Source: Centroscyllium fabricii
Taxonomy: Eukaryota
Assembly (NCBI GenBank): GCA_051313645.2
Contig: JBNRSN020000024.1
Span: 59,892,001-59,956,000 of the forward strand
Length of the DNA: 64,000 nt
Direction: 5' to 3'
Shown: piece after piece, positions 24,045 through 36,167 of the stretch
Numbering within the stretch: the first letter of the stretch is position 1
Layout of the letters: the number at the start of each line of letters is the position of its first letter
Notes under the pieces: generated by a model
The model's database searches: none
The model's input: only the letters and a program-made list of their open reading frames with translations
What the model was told of the DNA's origin: nothing
Made by a program: the position numbers and the translations under genes

Positions 24045-24519
24045 CAGGAACCTCTCATTTAAACGGCACCTAAATATCCAGAATTCTCTATTAACCGGCA
24101 AAATTCTCGTTCCCAAAACAACACCTCAATAACCGGCAATATTGCCGAGTCCGAGTCTCCCGCGGTGGCCGAGTTAGTTAGTGGGGGTAGGTCTCCAAAC
24201 TGCCACTACTCGGCTTCTTGGCGCTGTCGGGAGTCGGAACATCTCAATAACAGGAGTCTGACTCTCCCGCGCTGCCGGTAGTCTCTTCTGATCCGCCATT
24301 TTACAGGGGTACCGTGTGTCTCCCACGCTGCTGGTAGTCATTGCATTGCATTACCCTCAACTGGCAGTGCTGTACTTAATCAAGCATCTTCCACCATCCA
24401 TTTAACACAACATTCTGTAGGTGAGTACCCAATTACTGCATACTGCACATTTCTTGATTTTTACATTTTTTTGTTAAAAATAGCCTCGGTAGATAACCCT
24501 CTCCATCATCTGGAAATTC
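24045..24519. mobile_element. Family B MITE, right end lost
   Basis: TA-CAGGAACCTCTC start; long identity to 11014-11367. Confidence 0.7.
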
Positions 24520-24529
24520 CCAATGACCC

Positions 24530-24863
24530 TGGAGTACTAGCCAAACAAACCACAAAGTCCCAGGCTCCCTTCTCGGTCTGTGCTCACTCAGCTAATCTTA
24601 GCCAGAACAGCATTTAGACGTTTTAATTGGCATCAACACCCCTGGTGGAGGACTGTCCTCGCTCCTCATTGGTATCCAGTGACAACTGCTGGGAAAGTGC
24701 ATGTATGTGGACATTGGTTGATGACAGTATAGGTCATGGTTGTGGTGCCTCCATGGTTAAATAGCCTGTTGGCACTCACCATCTAACCTCACATGAAGAA
24801 TGACCACTTAGACAAGTTAGCAGAGGGTTGCCTGCAGCCACAAAACTGTATCCCAGCAAGTGT
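24530..24863 (+). repeat. Old SINE-like interspersed repeat, unclassified (related copies near 20710-20930, 28740-29047, 41160-41520)
   Basis: Shared blocks GTGGA(C/T)GTTGG...GACAG, CACATGAAGAAT(G/A)GCCACT, GGAACTGTACCCCAG. Confidence 0.55.
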
Positions 24864-25320
24864 CAGCGGTGTCTCAGTTGGTAGCGCACTCGCCCACTGA
24901 GTCAAAAGGTTGTGGGTTCAAGTCCCACTCCGGGGGCTTGAGCACATAAATCTAGGCTGACACTCCAGTGCAGTGCTGAGGGAGTGCTGCACTGCCGTCT
25001 TTTGGGCAAAACGTTAAACCGAGGCCCCGTCTGCTCTCTCGGGTGAACGTAAAAGATCCCATGGCCACTATTTCGAAGAAGAGCACGGGAATTATCCCCG
25101 GTGTCCTGGCCAATATTTATCCCTGAATCAACAGAACAAAAACAGTTTATCTGTTCATTATCACATTGCTGTTTGTGGAAGCTTGCTGTGTGCAAATTGA
25201 CTGCTGCGTTTCCCACATTACAACAGCGACTACACTCCAAATGTACTTCATTGGCTGTAAAGTGCTTTGAGATGTCCGGTGGTCGTGAAAGGCGCTATAT
25301 AAATGCAAGTCTTTCTTTCT
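24864..25320 (+). mobile_element. SacSINE1-like Deu-SINE, near full length
   Basis: tRNA-like head (CTCAGTTGGTAGC...GGTTCAAGTCCC), Deu-domain ACGTTAAACCGAGGCCCCGTCTG...AAGATCCCATGG, L2-type tail GAAAGGCGCTATATAAATGCAAGTCTTTCTTT. Confidence 0.8.
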
Positions 25321-27843
25321 GGAGAGGAGTGGAGAAATTAGGATTAAAAGATATCCTTTTGTGCTGAAAAAGGTTTAGGAAAGATATGTTCCAAAGAACA
25401 ATGAGGCATATTGGGGTGGGGGGGGGGGGGGGAAGTGTTGTTATTTAAGTACATCTAACAATGCATCTTAGGTAGCAATGATCTCTTGCAGATAGCTTGC
25501 CTTAGGAGAGAAATTTCCTATTTTTTCCTGACATTTCTCCCCCCTCCCCCGGATTTTTTTGCTTCCCATGGGAATTGGCATTAACAGCAACTGGGGAGGT
25601 TGGTGCACAGGCTGCAGCATCTGATGGATAGGTTGCACACTGATGCTCCCTTCCTTATGTCCACAGATACTGTCTTATCACAGTGATAGTGATACAACAC
25701 AAAGTGAAATGAATTGTATAGTTGTACCTATATTTTAACATTTCACAGGCATTTGAAGACAGTAGCTCTGTTGTGATACAGAAGTACAGTTGTAGGGCCC
25801 TTGCAATAAACAGTTAATTGATAGATTGGTTCTCTCCTGCCTCCTTGCCTTGGTCCTCAACTACCACAAGCCTCCAGCTGCACGAGATGGGCTGTGTGTA
25901 GCCTTGAAGTCGAACAGGTACAAGGTGTTTGTCAGTGCACCAAATAACCTCTTTTTCTATTGGTTTTATGAGGACGTTCTTCCCAATGGCAAGTAGAAAA
26001 CCGCAGAAGCTCGTATACAGGGCTTCAAGTCAAATGTTCGAGGATGCCTTTTGGTAAAGAGCGTACTTTTTTTGATTTGGCCCTCATCTATCACAGAGAC
26101 ACTACAAACTAAAACCGCTGAGCCTTTTACAACCTCAGGATAGAACCTTGCACTTCACAGGACTTTCTGCTTTCTTTGGTGCTGAGTTGGTCAAATGGTT
26201 GACTCTTTAAACAAAATTGGAAGAAAATTAAATACCCTGAGTGAACCCATTTTGCTACAAGCTCCTTAGAGACCCGGTGAAAGTGGCAAGGTCGTCATCT
26301 TGGGGAGCTCTGCAGGTAGGTTCATTTCATTAGGGGACGGCCAGTATGCAAAGTCAGCATTTGAGTATCGGGGGCAGACGCTGCTGCTGCAGCAGCCACG
26401 CTCTCTGATTCAGCTCAAGCATATAGTTTGCCAAAAAAACGTCTTTGAGACTGCCACTTCAATTCAAGGTGGTTTCGGGATGCGTGTCAACGCAAAAGGT
26501 GTCAATATAACTTGTCAGCAATCTGATTCCTGAGTGAATGAAAGAAAGATGCCGGATCCCTTCCGGTGAGTGGGCTAACTGGTTTGATTTCACGACAACA
26601 GAAAATGCTGGAAATACAGCATCTGTTCTAATGAAGGGCATACACCTGCAACATCGCGACCTCTCTCAACTCCTCACAGATACTGACGGACTTGCTGTGC
26701 ATTTCCAGTTCTTATTTCAGATTTCCGGCATTCACAGGTTCTGTTTTTATTTTTGGTTTGATTTCACAGCAGGTGAGCTAGAACTCCCGCCTGGTGCAAC
26801 GCTGCATTTCAGAAATGCTCAGGCAGTCTACTGGGAAAGTACGTTCAGGATGATTTCAATGGCAATAGAAAGTGGCCGCTCAACACCGGTGGTCCCCTAA
26901 CATTAATACGCAGCTGTCCGCGAAGCAGCGCTCTGTGCATACATACTCCGTGCACCTTTGTGATCGGCCCCAGTGCCACTCGCAGAGGCACACAAAGCAG
27001 TATAACTGTAATCACTGACGGCCCCACTCTGCAGATATCCGAGGTGGTATCTGAGGTATCTTTATGTATTTGGCAGATTGGAGTGTTTTCAACACATTGG
27101 CCTGGATTTTGCGATCAGCGACAAATGAACAGTGCCAGCCGTTCATCACACTTGCACTGGCCCAGACGTTCTGTGGGCTTTTACACTGGAAGTTGTGATT
27201 AGAAACACAGTTCAGCACGACGCCCTCTACAGGGGATGTGTGAACAGGGCAAGCAAAGGTGTGTCTCCGCAACCAATCAGATTGAAGAATTCTTACTGGA
27301 CATCTGAACCAGCAAGTTAGAATATTTAATTCAATGCCAAATCATGTACAGAAAGTGAAAAGAAGAAATATTGTATTAAGAGATATAAAAGAGACAGAAA
27401 GAAAAAGGAAAACAAATGTAATTAATCATTTTTATCTTTTTAAATCTCCAACAATAAAAATCTGAAGGAATGAAACATCACACTTGTAAAATTTAATTTT
27501 CATTGCCAGAGAGGTTGTTTGGAAGTAATTAGGATTTATCACGCCGTTAAAATTCACTTATACTGAAATGGATAAGCCCCAACTTTTTCGGGCGAGTTTA
27601 GTGGGTATCTATCACGCAAGTACAGCAACTTCACGTGGCTCCATGTGTTTCAATGCAGAGTCTCTCGGTGAGATACTGGTTAGAGCGCAGCCTCTGGAGG
27701 AGCAGAGCAACTTCCTGATTTACGCGTTTAACTGCGCATGTGCGGATGCCGGAAGTTGCTGTTCGATTTACTCTTTAATAACGGTGAGCACCGAGAGCCT
27801 CACCGTTATTTATAAGGCAAAATCCGGGCCATTTCAAAATAAA

Positions 27844-28723
27844 GGGGGGAATTTTTAAAAAGGTGTGGGAAGCTGTCGGTGTTTGGGCGGGTCAGCTTTC
27901 TGTCTGGCCCGAGCGATTTTGGCTCAAGTGGCCAATTAAATCCCCGCCGATCTGTCGGGCTTCCAATACACACTAATGGGCGGGAATCAGCCCTTCACAT
28001 TCAGTTTGAGTTGGGCGGGCTGTTGATTGACAGGCCTGAGTAGTAAGAACTCACTAAGCCTGATTGACAGATCTGAAGTGTTGCCTTTGTTTCTATGTTG
28101 ACATAGCCTCTGTGAGTCAGACTATGAAAGGAACACTAAAACCACAAAACAAACAGTTGAAGTGAGTCACTGTTTGTTAGTGGTTTCAGTGGAATGTAAA
28201 CAGAAACTGACCCGCTGGGTGATTGACAGCTGGGCTCACAGACACAGCACAACACGCCGATCTCTGTTGAATATGAGCGATTTGAAGGTGAGTGATTTCA
28301 ATGTTTTGGGGCTCTGAGGTTTATCACCCTTGGGTGGCAGCTGCACCTCCAGCATGGTGGAGGCTAGCAAGCTGCTGTGTGGGTGCTGTGCCCATGCCTT
28401 GAAGGTGGTAGACACCCAGCCGCCTGGGTTCCCACCACCTTTTTCGCAGCGGGGTTTTCACCAGGCGGGTTTTGGGTGGGAAGAGGGCTAAAATAGCTGA
28501 GGGCCCTTAAAATAGGATTAGCCATCCAATTAAGGGCCCTCAACGATCTCAATCTGTATCCCCGCCGGCGGCAAGTGGGAAACATGCGGGGCGGCAAAAC
28601 CCGCCCGACGAAAATCCCAAATGGGCGGGGATCCGGCGGGGTGGCTTCCCGCCCACCGGAATTGCAATTTTAGGACCCGCCCCGCCAGAAACCCGCACTC
28701 ACGGCCCTCCGAAAATCCACCCC
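27844..28723. mobile_element. Harbinger/PIF-like non-autonomous TIR element
   Basis: GGGGGGAATTTT / AAAATCCACCCC termini, 3-bp AAA flanks, CCCGCC subterminal repeats; homologous to 61712-62521. Confidence 0.6.
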
Positions 28724-29048
28724 AAACTTACAGCTTTCAAATGGCTTAGTGGGCAATGGGACCCTTTTAGCGTGGCACTAAACCACACAGAATAGAACAG
28801 CTGAACTTCAATTCCTGGCCTATGCTAATTAGCATACCTCAGGTCAGGTGACAGTTGGAGCACCAAAAGTGGCCAAGATTTGCGATTGGGACGGGCGTGG
28901 GTAAGAAACAAAAAATCAGCAAGGATTCCTATTCCTGATTACCATCCAATGATTCGTGTTGGGAAGGCGGATACGTGGACGTTAGGTGAGAACAGTAACA
29001 GGCTTGGCTGTAATGTTCAATAGCCTTTCAGCAATCACTGTCTGGATT

Positions 29049-29438
29049 AGAAACATAGAAGATAGGAGCAGGAGTAGGCCATTCGAGCCTGCTCCGCCAT
29101 TCAATGAGATCATGGCTGATCATCCAAACCCAGCACCCCGTCCCTGCCTTGTCCCCACATCCCTCGATCCCTATCGAGCCTACACCGACACATATCCCAC
29201 CCTATCCCCGTAACCCCACATATTCAATCCCCCTAACACTAAGGGTCAATTTATCCTGGCCAACCAACCTAACCCGCACATCTTTGGACTGTGGGAGGAA
29301 ACCGGAGCACCCGGAGGAAACCCACGCAGACACGGAGAGAATGTGCAAACTCCACACAGATAGTACCCGAGGCTGCATTTGAACCCGGGTCTCCAGTGCT
29401 GTGAGGCAACAGTGCTAACCACTATGCCACCGTGCCGC
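29049..29438 (-). mobile_element. HE1-type V-SINE, long swapped tail
   Basis: tRNA head, V-domain and a CR1 3' end of about 120 bp. Confidence 0.92.
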
Positions 29439-29582
29439 ACACGTGACAAATGGCCATTTGAACAAGGTCGCACGGGATTGCTAGCACCTGTGGGATTTTA
29501 ACACAGTGACAATCAGTTCCTCCAGGACCGAGGGAATAAAAAGAGAAAATATTTTAAAAATAGAAAATCATTCTCTTATGTA

Positions 29583-29891
29583 CAGGTTGAGCACCGGTAA
29601 TCCGGCACCCGATGGTCCGGCAGCTTCAGTGGTCCGGCACGACTGGAAACCGGCGCTCTTCATTTTGCGGAGCGTCCGCTCGGCGTCGCCACCGTTTCCC
29701 GGGAAGGGTGAGCGAGCGCAGAAGGCATCGGGCATTTGGGTTTCTATTTTTTTTAGGTCTTGTACCCGCGCGCTCCAGGCCCCAGGTAGTGTTCTACCAC
29801 GCGATCATCCCGAACCGTCAGTGATTCGGTATTTTCAATGGTCTGGCACCGGCCTGGTCCTGAGGGTGCCGGATTAACGGTGCTCAACCTG
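29583..29891. mobile_element. Tigger/pogo-like MITE, family A
   Basis: TIR of about 28 bp CAGGTTGAGCACCG(G/T)TAATCCGGCACCC; TA TSD on both sides. Confidence 0.9.
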
Positions 29892-31558
29892 TACCCCTAT
29901 TTGTTCCTCGTAAACCGCGCCCCCCTCCCCCACCAAGATTATTCTCCAAATGCAAGGTTTTGTCCCTGGGGCTCTGCTGTGACCCAGATCACGAGGAGTG
30001 GCACTGCTCTCCTGCCCCTTTTACCTGTGGGCCACAGTTTGGCGTTGTGACTACCTATCCGGCTGCCGGCCTAAATCTGGAGGCTGCTTATTAGATCAGT
30101 GTCTTTGGTTGCGTCTTTTTTAATTTTGGCTACATAAACCAAACGTGCGGCACGAAAACGCTTCCCGATGCCTTTTTTTTGACAGCTCCGAATACTAAAA
30201 TGCATATTCATGGTGCAAGCCCGTCATAAGCTCAAACAAAGTAATACTTGGCATGTGAGGTTGAAGATTCAAAGGATGTAAATGACTATTCATTTTAAGC
30301 TCACATAAGAAGAGCAGATTTACCCAAGAATTCCAGCGCTTGTGGTTTAGGAGAATATTTAATACCATTAATATTTTTAATCCTTTTGGTTTTAATTAAG
30401 TAACAGCACGCCAGTTCCTATCAACACATTCCAGGGTGCAGATTAATTGTAGCTTAATATAATCAGAGTTGATTGTAGTAAGTATTCGTTTGCGAAACGC
30501 CTGCATACAGTATAATGTGTATTCTACCTGGGGAAGTTGGCATGGCTCCAGAGTATTTTTGCTTTGTGCGTGGACGGATGTTTGAAGCAATGTTCTGACC
30601 AAGGTTGGGGACGGCCTTTTATTTTGTTCTGGCAAAGTTTGGGACTATATTTTCTTTATTTTTGCTTCTGACACGCACCTCGTCGGTTATTAGCTCCGTG
30701 AGGAGCCACGAGAGCAGTGTCTCAAACAGGAGGATAAGTGAGCACTCTGGATTTGACTCGGTTGCTTTGATCTTTACTGTTCATTTTAATTGGAACTGGT
30801 TCTATTTTTACTGAAATAGTCTCACTTTGCAATTTTTTGGGGAAGGCTTTTCATGTCTTCAGTGTCAAGTTAAAACCCTGGCGTTTACTCGCTTGCAAGC
30901 ACAGGATTTACATGTAAACAACAGTACATGCTGCCGCTCAAAGACATCACATCGAGGGCGCCAATGACACACTTACAGCGCTACTGTAACAACTAAAAGG
31001 AACACGGAATTGCTAATGGTGAAAAGTTTCATTATTCCGAGGAATTTCTGATTGTGTTGTAAAGAGCACAGGGCAAACTCGGTTAGCCTTTAAGGACCAT
31101 CCAAGAATTATAAACAATATCAAACATCTAACTTTAAGTAATGGATCGGGTTGTGACAGTCTGGTTAGATTAGAGAAAAATGCAAAGCATAACTACTTAT
31201 TCATCGATTTTTGAACTTATACTTTCACCGTCTATTAAACTACAAATTAGAGTGTAATGCTGATGATTTGAAGTTGTTATTTGCACTAAAAATTAAAATG
31301 ATCCAATAAACATAAATAACATAACACAGTGGGAATTTAGTGCTAAAAAAAAATGGAACGAGCTGATCATTTGACTTAATCAACACAGAATTAAGAGGGG
31401 CAGATTGTACACAGTGCCTGCACTGGTCTATGTAGTTCCCAATGAGAAAAGATGCCCACTAATCACGCCATATCATTCAGCACCATCAATCCTGAATATG
31501 TCGGCACTCCTGAACACCACGGAGTTCTGGCATTTAAAAAAAAAATAAAAATTGAATA

Positions 31559-32007
31559 CAGGTTGAGCACCGTTAATCCGGCACGTACGGGACCAGGCCC
31601 GTGCCGGGAAAGTGAAAATCCCGAACGATTGAAGCTTCGGCGAGCGCATGCGCAGACAATTCAAAATGGCCACCGCGAAAGGCCGGCGGCCATTTTGAGT
31701 GGTCTGCACACGCGCTTATCGTTCGGGGAGTCCTGGCCCAGCCCGCGATCGGGAAGTCCCGGCCCAGCCCGTGTTCGGGGAGTCCCGGCCCAGCCCGCGT
31801 TCGGGGAGTCCCGGCCCGGCCCGCTATCGGCTCGGAGAGACCACTGTGAATGATCTGCGCATGCGTTCGCCGGTGCATGCGCAGATCATTCACCGAAGCA
31901 TCAATGGTGGCGGCCATTTTGCGCATGCGCGGGGTAGTCGGGGAAATTATTGCCGGACGTTCGAAGTTGCTGGTTTTTCGGGTAACGGATTAATGGTGCT
32001 CAACCTG
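31559..32007. mobile_element. Tigger/pogo-like MITE, family A, with internal tandem repeat of about 29 bp
   Basis: TIR plus TA TSD; GTTCGGGGAGTCCCGGCCCAGCCCGC x4 at about 31720-31825. Confidence 0.9.
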
Positions 32008-32477
32008 TAATTTTGATTGATTTATTTTTGGGACGAATGGTTATTATGGAAAATTGAACACATTTCCCCACAAGAATGGCGATGTGCAAAGTGGAAAAGT
32101 CCAGACTAGTGCAATTGAAACGGTCCTTCTGAAGCTTAAGCACACGAGGTAGAGGGGTCGTTAAACCTACATCTAGCTGTGCTATAGAAGGGCTTATGAT
32201 GCAAAATGTGACAAATGTTCCATTCCCAAGGACCAACAACCATTTGCCTTGTGAAGTACAAAACTTCATAAAATCAACTCTGCGTTTTATCGCAATTATA
32301 CTTTTGTCCTTTGGGAGCTCCTATAACTTGGGAGACTGGGATCCCAGGGAACAGTTATTGTGTCCTTCCTCGACAGAGAAAGCAATTGCTCAGAATCCCC
32401 AGATTTAATCTGCCACCAGATTTTTAGTTTGTCGTGCGAGTCCCCTTCTCCTGCCCCACTTGTATTCTGTTCCAGTT

Positions 32478-32600
32478 CTGATGAAAGGTTGTTGACCTGA
32501 AACAACTATACTTTCTCTCTCGCTCTCCACATTTGATGCCGGACCTGCTGAATGTTTCCCAGCATTTTCTGCTTTTATTTCAGGATTTCCAGCACCTGTC
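32478..32600 (+). mobile_element. Penelope-like terminal fragment with hammerhead-like core
   Basis: CTGATGA-A-AGGTT(GTT)GACCT-GAAAC followed by CCAGCATTTTCTG...ATTTCCAGCA as in 15581-15803; a degenerate relative lies at about 26600-26750. Confidence 0.55.
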
Positions 32601-32934
32601 TTATGTTGCCTATTTTCCATAAAGTAAAGGTATTCTCCCCTCTCACTGGCCTCTAAGGGGCGATATGGCAGGCAACACTATCCATATAGTTGTCAATTGC
32701 TTTTTCAGTGAGGTCTGTCTGTTTACTACTTGTTCCTCACTCCCTCCGCTCCTTCATCTGCCTTGTCCCACCCACCAAAACTCCCTCCAGTGGCTTGCCA
32801 CCTTTCCCCTCTGCCTTCAACGACCTCCTCAAGTCTCTCCTCGCAGACCTTTGCCGGAAATCTCCTTGGAGCTGTTCCCACTTCGCCGCCGTAACTTTGT
32901 CGCGTAGCGGAAACTCTGCATATGCGCACAAACG

Positions 32935-33747
32935 GGGGGGGGGGGGGGGATTTTCATGCCCCCGTGAGGCGGGGTTTTCGGCGGAACCGGCAGATCCTGT
33001 CCCTCCCCGCCGCTTTCTCATTTTTGATCGCCCAGATTCCCCGCCCCGAAACATTCCCGCCGCTGGCCGGCGGGGATGGATTGTCGCCTCGTTAAGGGCC
33101 CTTAATTGGCATCTTTAATGCCATTTTAAGGGCCCTCAGCCATTTTGCCCTGTTTTCCGCCCTAACCCCGTCACTTTAAACCCTGCTGGGTGAAACCCAG
33201 CGGGAGCACAGCGCTGGTTATTACTGTTGGACTATAACCTGGTGTTGTGTGACTTCTTGCATTTATAACTTTCTACTTCAAGGTGTGAAGGACATGCTGC
33301 CAAATGCTTGGCATGTCTCCAGCACCTTAGAGGAGTAGGTTACTCTGTTCTGGCTGCAGCAGCAGCTTTGAGCAGAATCTGAGCGATCTCAGTTCTGCAC
33401 AGCTCCTGACAGCCGCTGCGAGTTGTGAGGGATTCTGAGCCTGCCCGCCCACCTGTCAGTCACCAGCACTTGGCCTGTCCCATTGGCTGCACTCCACTGT
33501 GATGTCACAGTGGAGTGTTTCCATGGGAACTGACAACAACCAGTGCTGGAACTGTCAATCAAACTGCTCGTAGCCCTGCTGCAGCCTGACTCGATTGACC
33601 TAATTACCTCCCGCTGCCGCCGACGGGGATTTAACAACCTAATTAAAGTAAAATTGCGTGGCCTTCCCAGCTGTTTGGGCGGGCGGGGCCGGAGGCGGCC
33701 CAGACCAATCCCCGCCAGGTTACCGCCCTTCCGGCAAAATCCCCCCC
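32935..33747. mobile_element. Harbinger-like TIR element, inverted relative to the 61712 copy
   Basis: G(n)ATTTT / AAAATCCCCCC termini; shared interior AAGGGCCCTTAATTGG and CACTGTGATGTCACAGTG. Confidence 0.55.
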
Positions 33748-34249
33748 AGGGTTTCTGCTGCTTTTGCTTTTGGCTGCTTCAGACTCTTATCTCCACCATC
33801 TACCACCCTGCAGAGCAGTCCAAGGTTTGTCTGTGTGTAATGAGCACTATGGAACTGGGAGTTGTTTTCCTCCCCGTTACACAGGCGCGTGATCCTTTAC
33901 TGCCTCTCCGAGTGCTGAGGATTTGATTTTCAGCTGATTTAGGACACAATTTGCAGACCTGCTGAACTGGGTTTTGAATTGTACGGGCTACACTGATAAC
34001 ATGAAGGGCTGTAGGATTCGGCAGGTGACCAAGCTATTTCACCAACCATGTAGACATTCACCTCACCTCAGGCACTTAGTCACGGGGGGGAGGGAGCAGA
34101 GCAAGATCAATTAACGCTCAGCACCTCTGCTGTGCGTCTTCGGCTGGCTCTCCTTAAATTCCATCAGTCACATTGTGCAATGCTACTCTAGTAGCAGGGT
34201 AGTAATATAGATAGTATTAGCATCAAGTCACAGCTCCTCGAAAACCTAC

Positions 34250-34420
34250 CTTCACGGCTCCTTCAGCCTCCACGAACCAGCGCCTCAGCATTGCCTGAAT
34301 CTGTCCGTCAGTCAGCTCCGAATTTGCGTCCAGGATCATCATCTTCACGGTGTCTTCCAGGAGCAGTCTGCGCAGACGCCAGTAGAAAAACGTACGTGAT
34401 GTCGGCCAATCCAAGATATC
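34250..34420 (-). CDS. ACACA: ACACA exon ([26 protein letters not shown]...[12 protein letters not shown])
   Basis: [12 protein letters not shown] motif; gacag|GAT ... AAG|gtagg; 171 nt. Confidence 0.95.
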
Positions 34421-34450
34421 CTGTCAATAAACAAGAAACCATAATACAGT

Positions 34451-34739
34451 TGTAGGGAACGGCAGTCCCCTACTCTTCGAAATCAATAATAGCGTCGAAA
34501 GGACGCGGAGCAAACGTAAACAGGTCTTTATTGGTTTCGATCCAAACACGACTGAGTTACAAAAGGCGTGAAAACGCAAAGCATCATGGGGCTTTTGACG
34601 TACAGCCCGCAGGACCAATTAGGGACTGGAATTGTTAATCCAACTACCCAATGGGGAAACAGGGGCGGGACCAACTCCGGAATGTGGATTCTGACTCTTT
34701 GGGGAGATTGGGATGTCTCCCCCTAGTGGCTCTGCTACA
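34451..34739 (-). mobile_element. Solo LTR (289 bp) next to an ACACA splice acceptor
   Basis: TGTAG...CTACA termini, 4-bp TSD CAGT (34447-34450 and 34740-34743), AATAAA on minus strand at 34527-34532, CCAAT and GC boxes. Confidence 0.82.
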
Positions 34740-36012
34740 CAGTATATTCTACCTTCCACAATCTGAATTCTCATCAGGCTCAAAAATTCCAGTGCACTTC
34801 ATCAAATCTCAAAACTTGGAACTCTTCATTCAGACACATAGGAGCATGACCCTGATCCAAGCCATTAGGTTTTCAATGCTCAGTCCAAGTAATCCATTCC
34901 ACAGCGTCATCTGATGACCCAGCGCATGTTGGAGGTCTAATTATTTGACTATTAACACTTCCTAATAATTTTCTCACAAGATGTCGTTTAAAACTTGGAA
35001 AAACACCATGGTTTAGATTTCAGCTCACTTTTACAATGATCAAATGAGTTGAGACACACCTGTACATAGAAATGCTGACTAAAGCATTTTATTATTCCTT
35101 TTGAGAGAAGCTGGTTTGAGTCAGAGGAACAGAGCATCCCGATTTCTCAAATTCATCCTGGCTCCATTTCAAATGTCGCATGTTACACATAATTGATAAG
35201 ATCCAAGTGACAATTTATTAATTAAACTGAAGCTGTCTTGTATCTGACTGGAGTGGAACCAATAAATAATATGAAGCAGCTCAGGCAGCAGCATGCTAAC
35301 ACTGAACATTCAAAGAGGCATTTCAGCTTGCTTTCTTTTTCTGCAGTTACTTTTTGTTGGTCTTGTCCTAGATTTTCCGACACACATACCAAGGTCTAAG
35401 CAATCGGCATTTCTACAAACTACATTTAAAAAGATAACGGCAAGTGTGATTTCAGAATTAAATCACAGCCTCAGTTAAGGCCACGCTATAATCAGCCTGC
35501 AGGAAGGGAGATGATGGTGGAGGAAGGCGGGGGGGGTTCGTTGAGCAACACCCAAGCAGAATCCCTGCTGTTCCCATCAGCTAGACTGTAGATCTCCAAA
35601 TTTCAACCCTCTGGCAGGTCGAACCGTAGCAACTATAATGAACATGGCTGAATGTTGAAGATGGTTTACAGTCTCCTTCCAAGTAGCTCCCCAGGTCATG
35701 CCTGGAACCTGACCTATTTAATTATATTGCCTAATTGATCCGAGGCAGACCATGCACCTTCAGTAAGATGCCCTTTTTACAATCTGCATGCCGACATGCA
35801 TTAGACTCGACTTTCAATTTGCTGCAACCAGAGGGGGACCATACCATACCACAAGAGAACATTCCGACTCCCACTATTGTGGCTAGTCTTGCGAATGACT
35901 GACAGCAATCTTGTAAATGTTGGCCTGCAGGTGGTGGGACCGGATGGGCCACTCTGTATTCAAAAAGGGACTGCTAGAAATAAGAGCAAGCGGAATGGAT
36001 TAGATCACTCAC

Positions 36013-36167
36013 CGTGATGACCCCCTTTTCTTGCATGCGGCCTGGAGTGTCATGAAGGTCAGCAAACTTCACGGCAACCTGGTGGTATATGGGCAATAGA
36101 AACTCCTCCCTCTCCTTCAACTTGGTTTCCAGCTCCTTGCGTTCACTCGGGCTCAGCTCTGGGGTGC
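36013..36167 (-). CDS. ACACA: ACACA exon ([52 protein letters not shown])
   Basis: [15 protein letters not shown] is ACC1-like rather than ACC2-like; ctgcag|GC ... ACG|gtgagt; 155 nt. Confidence 0.95.
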
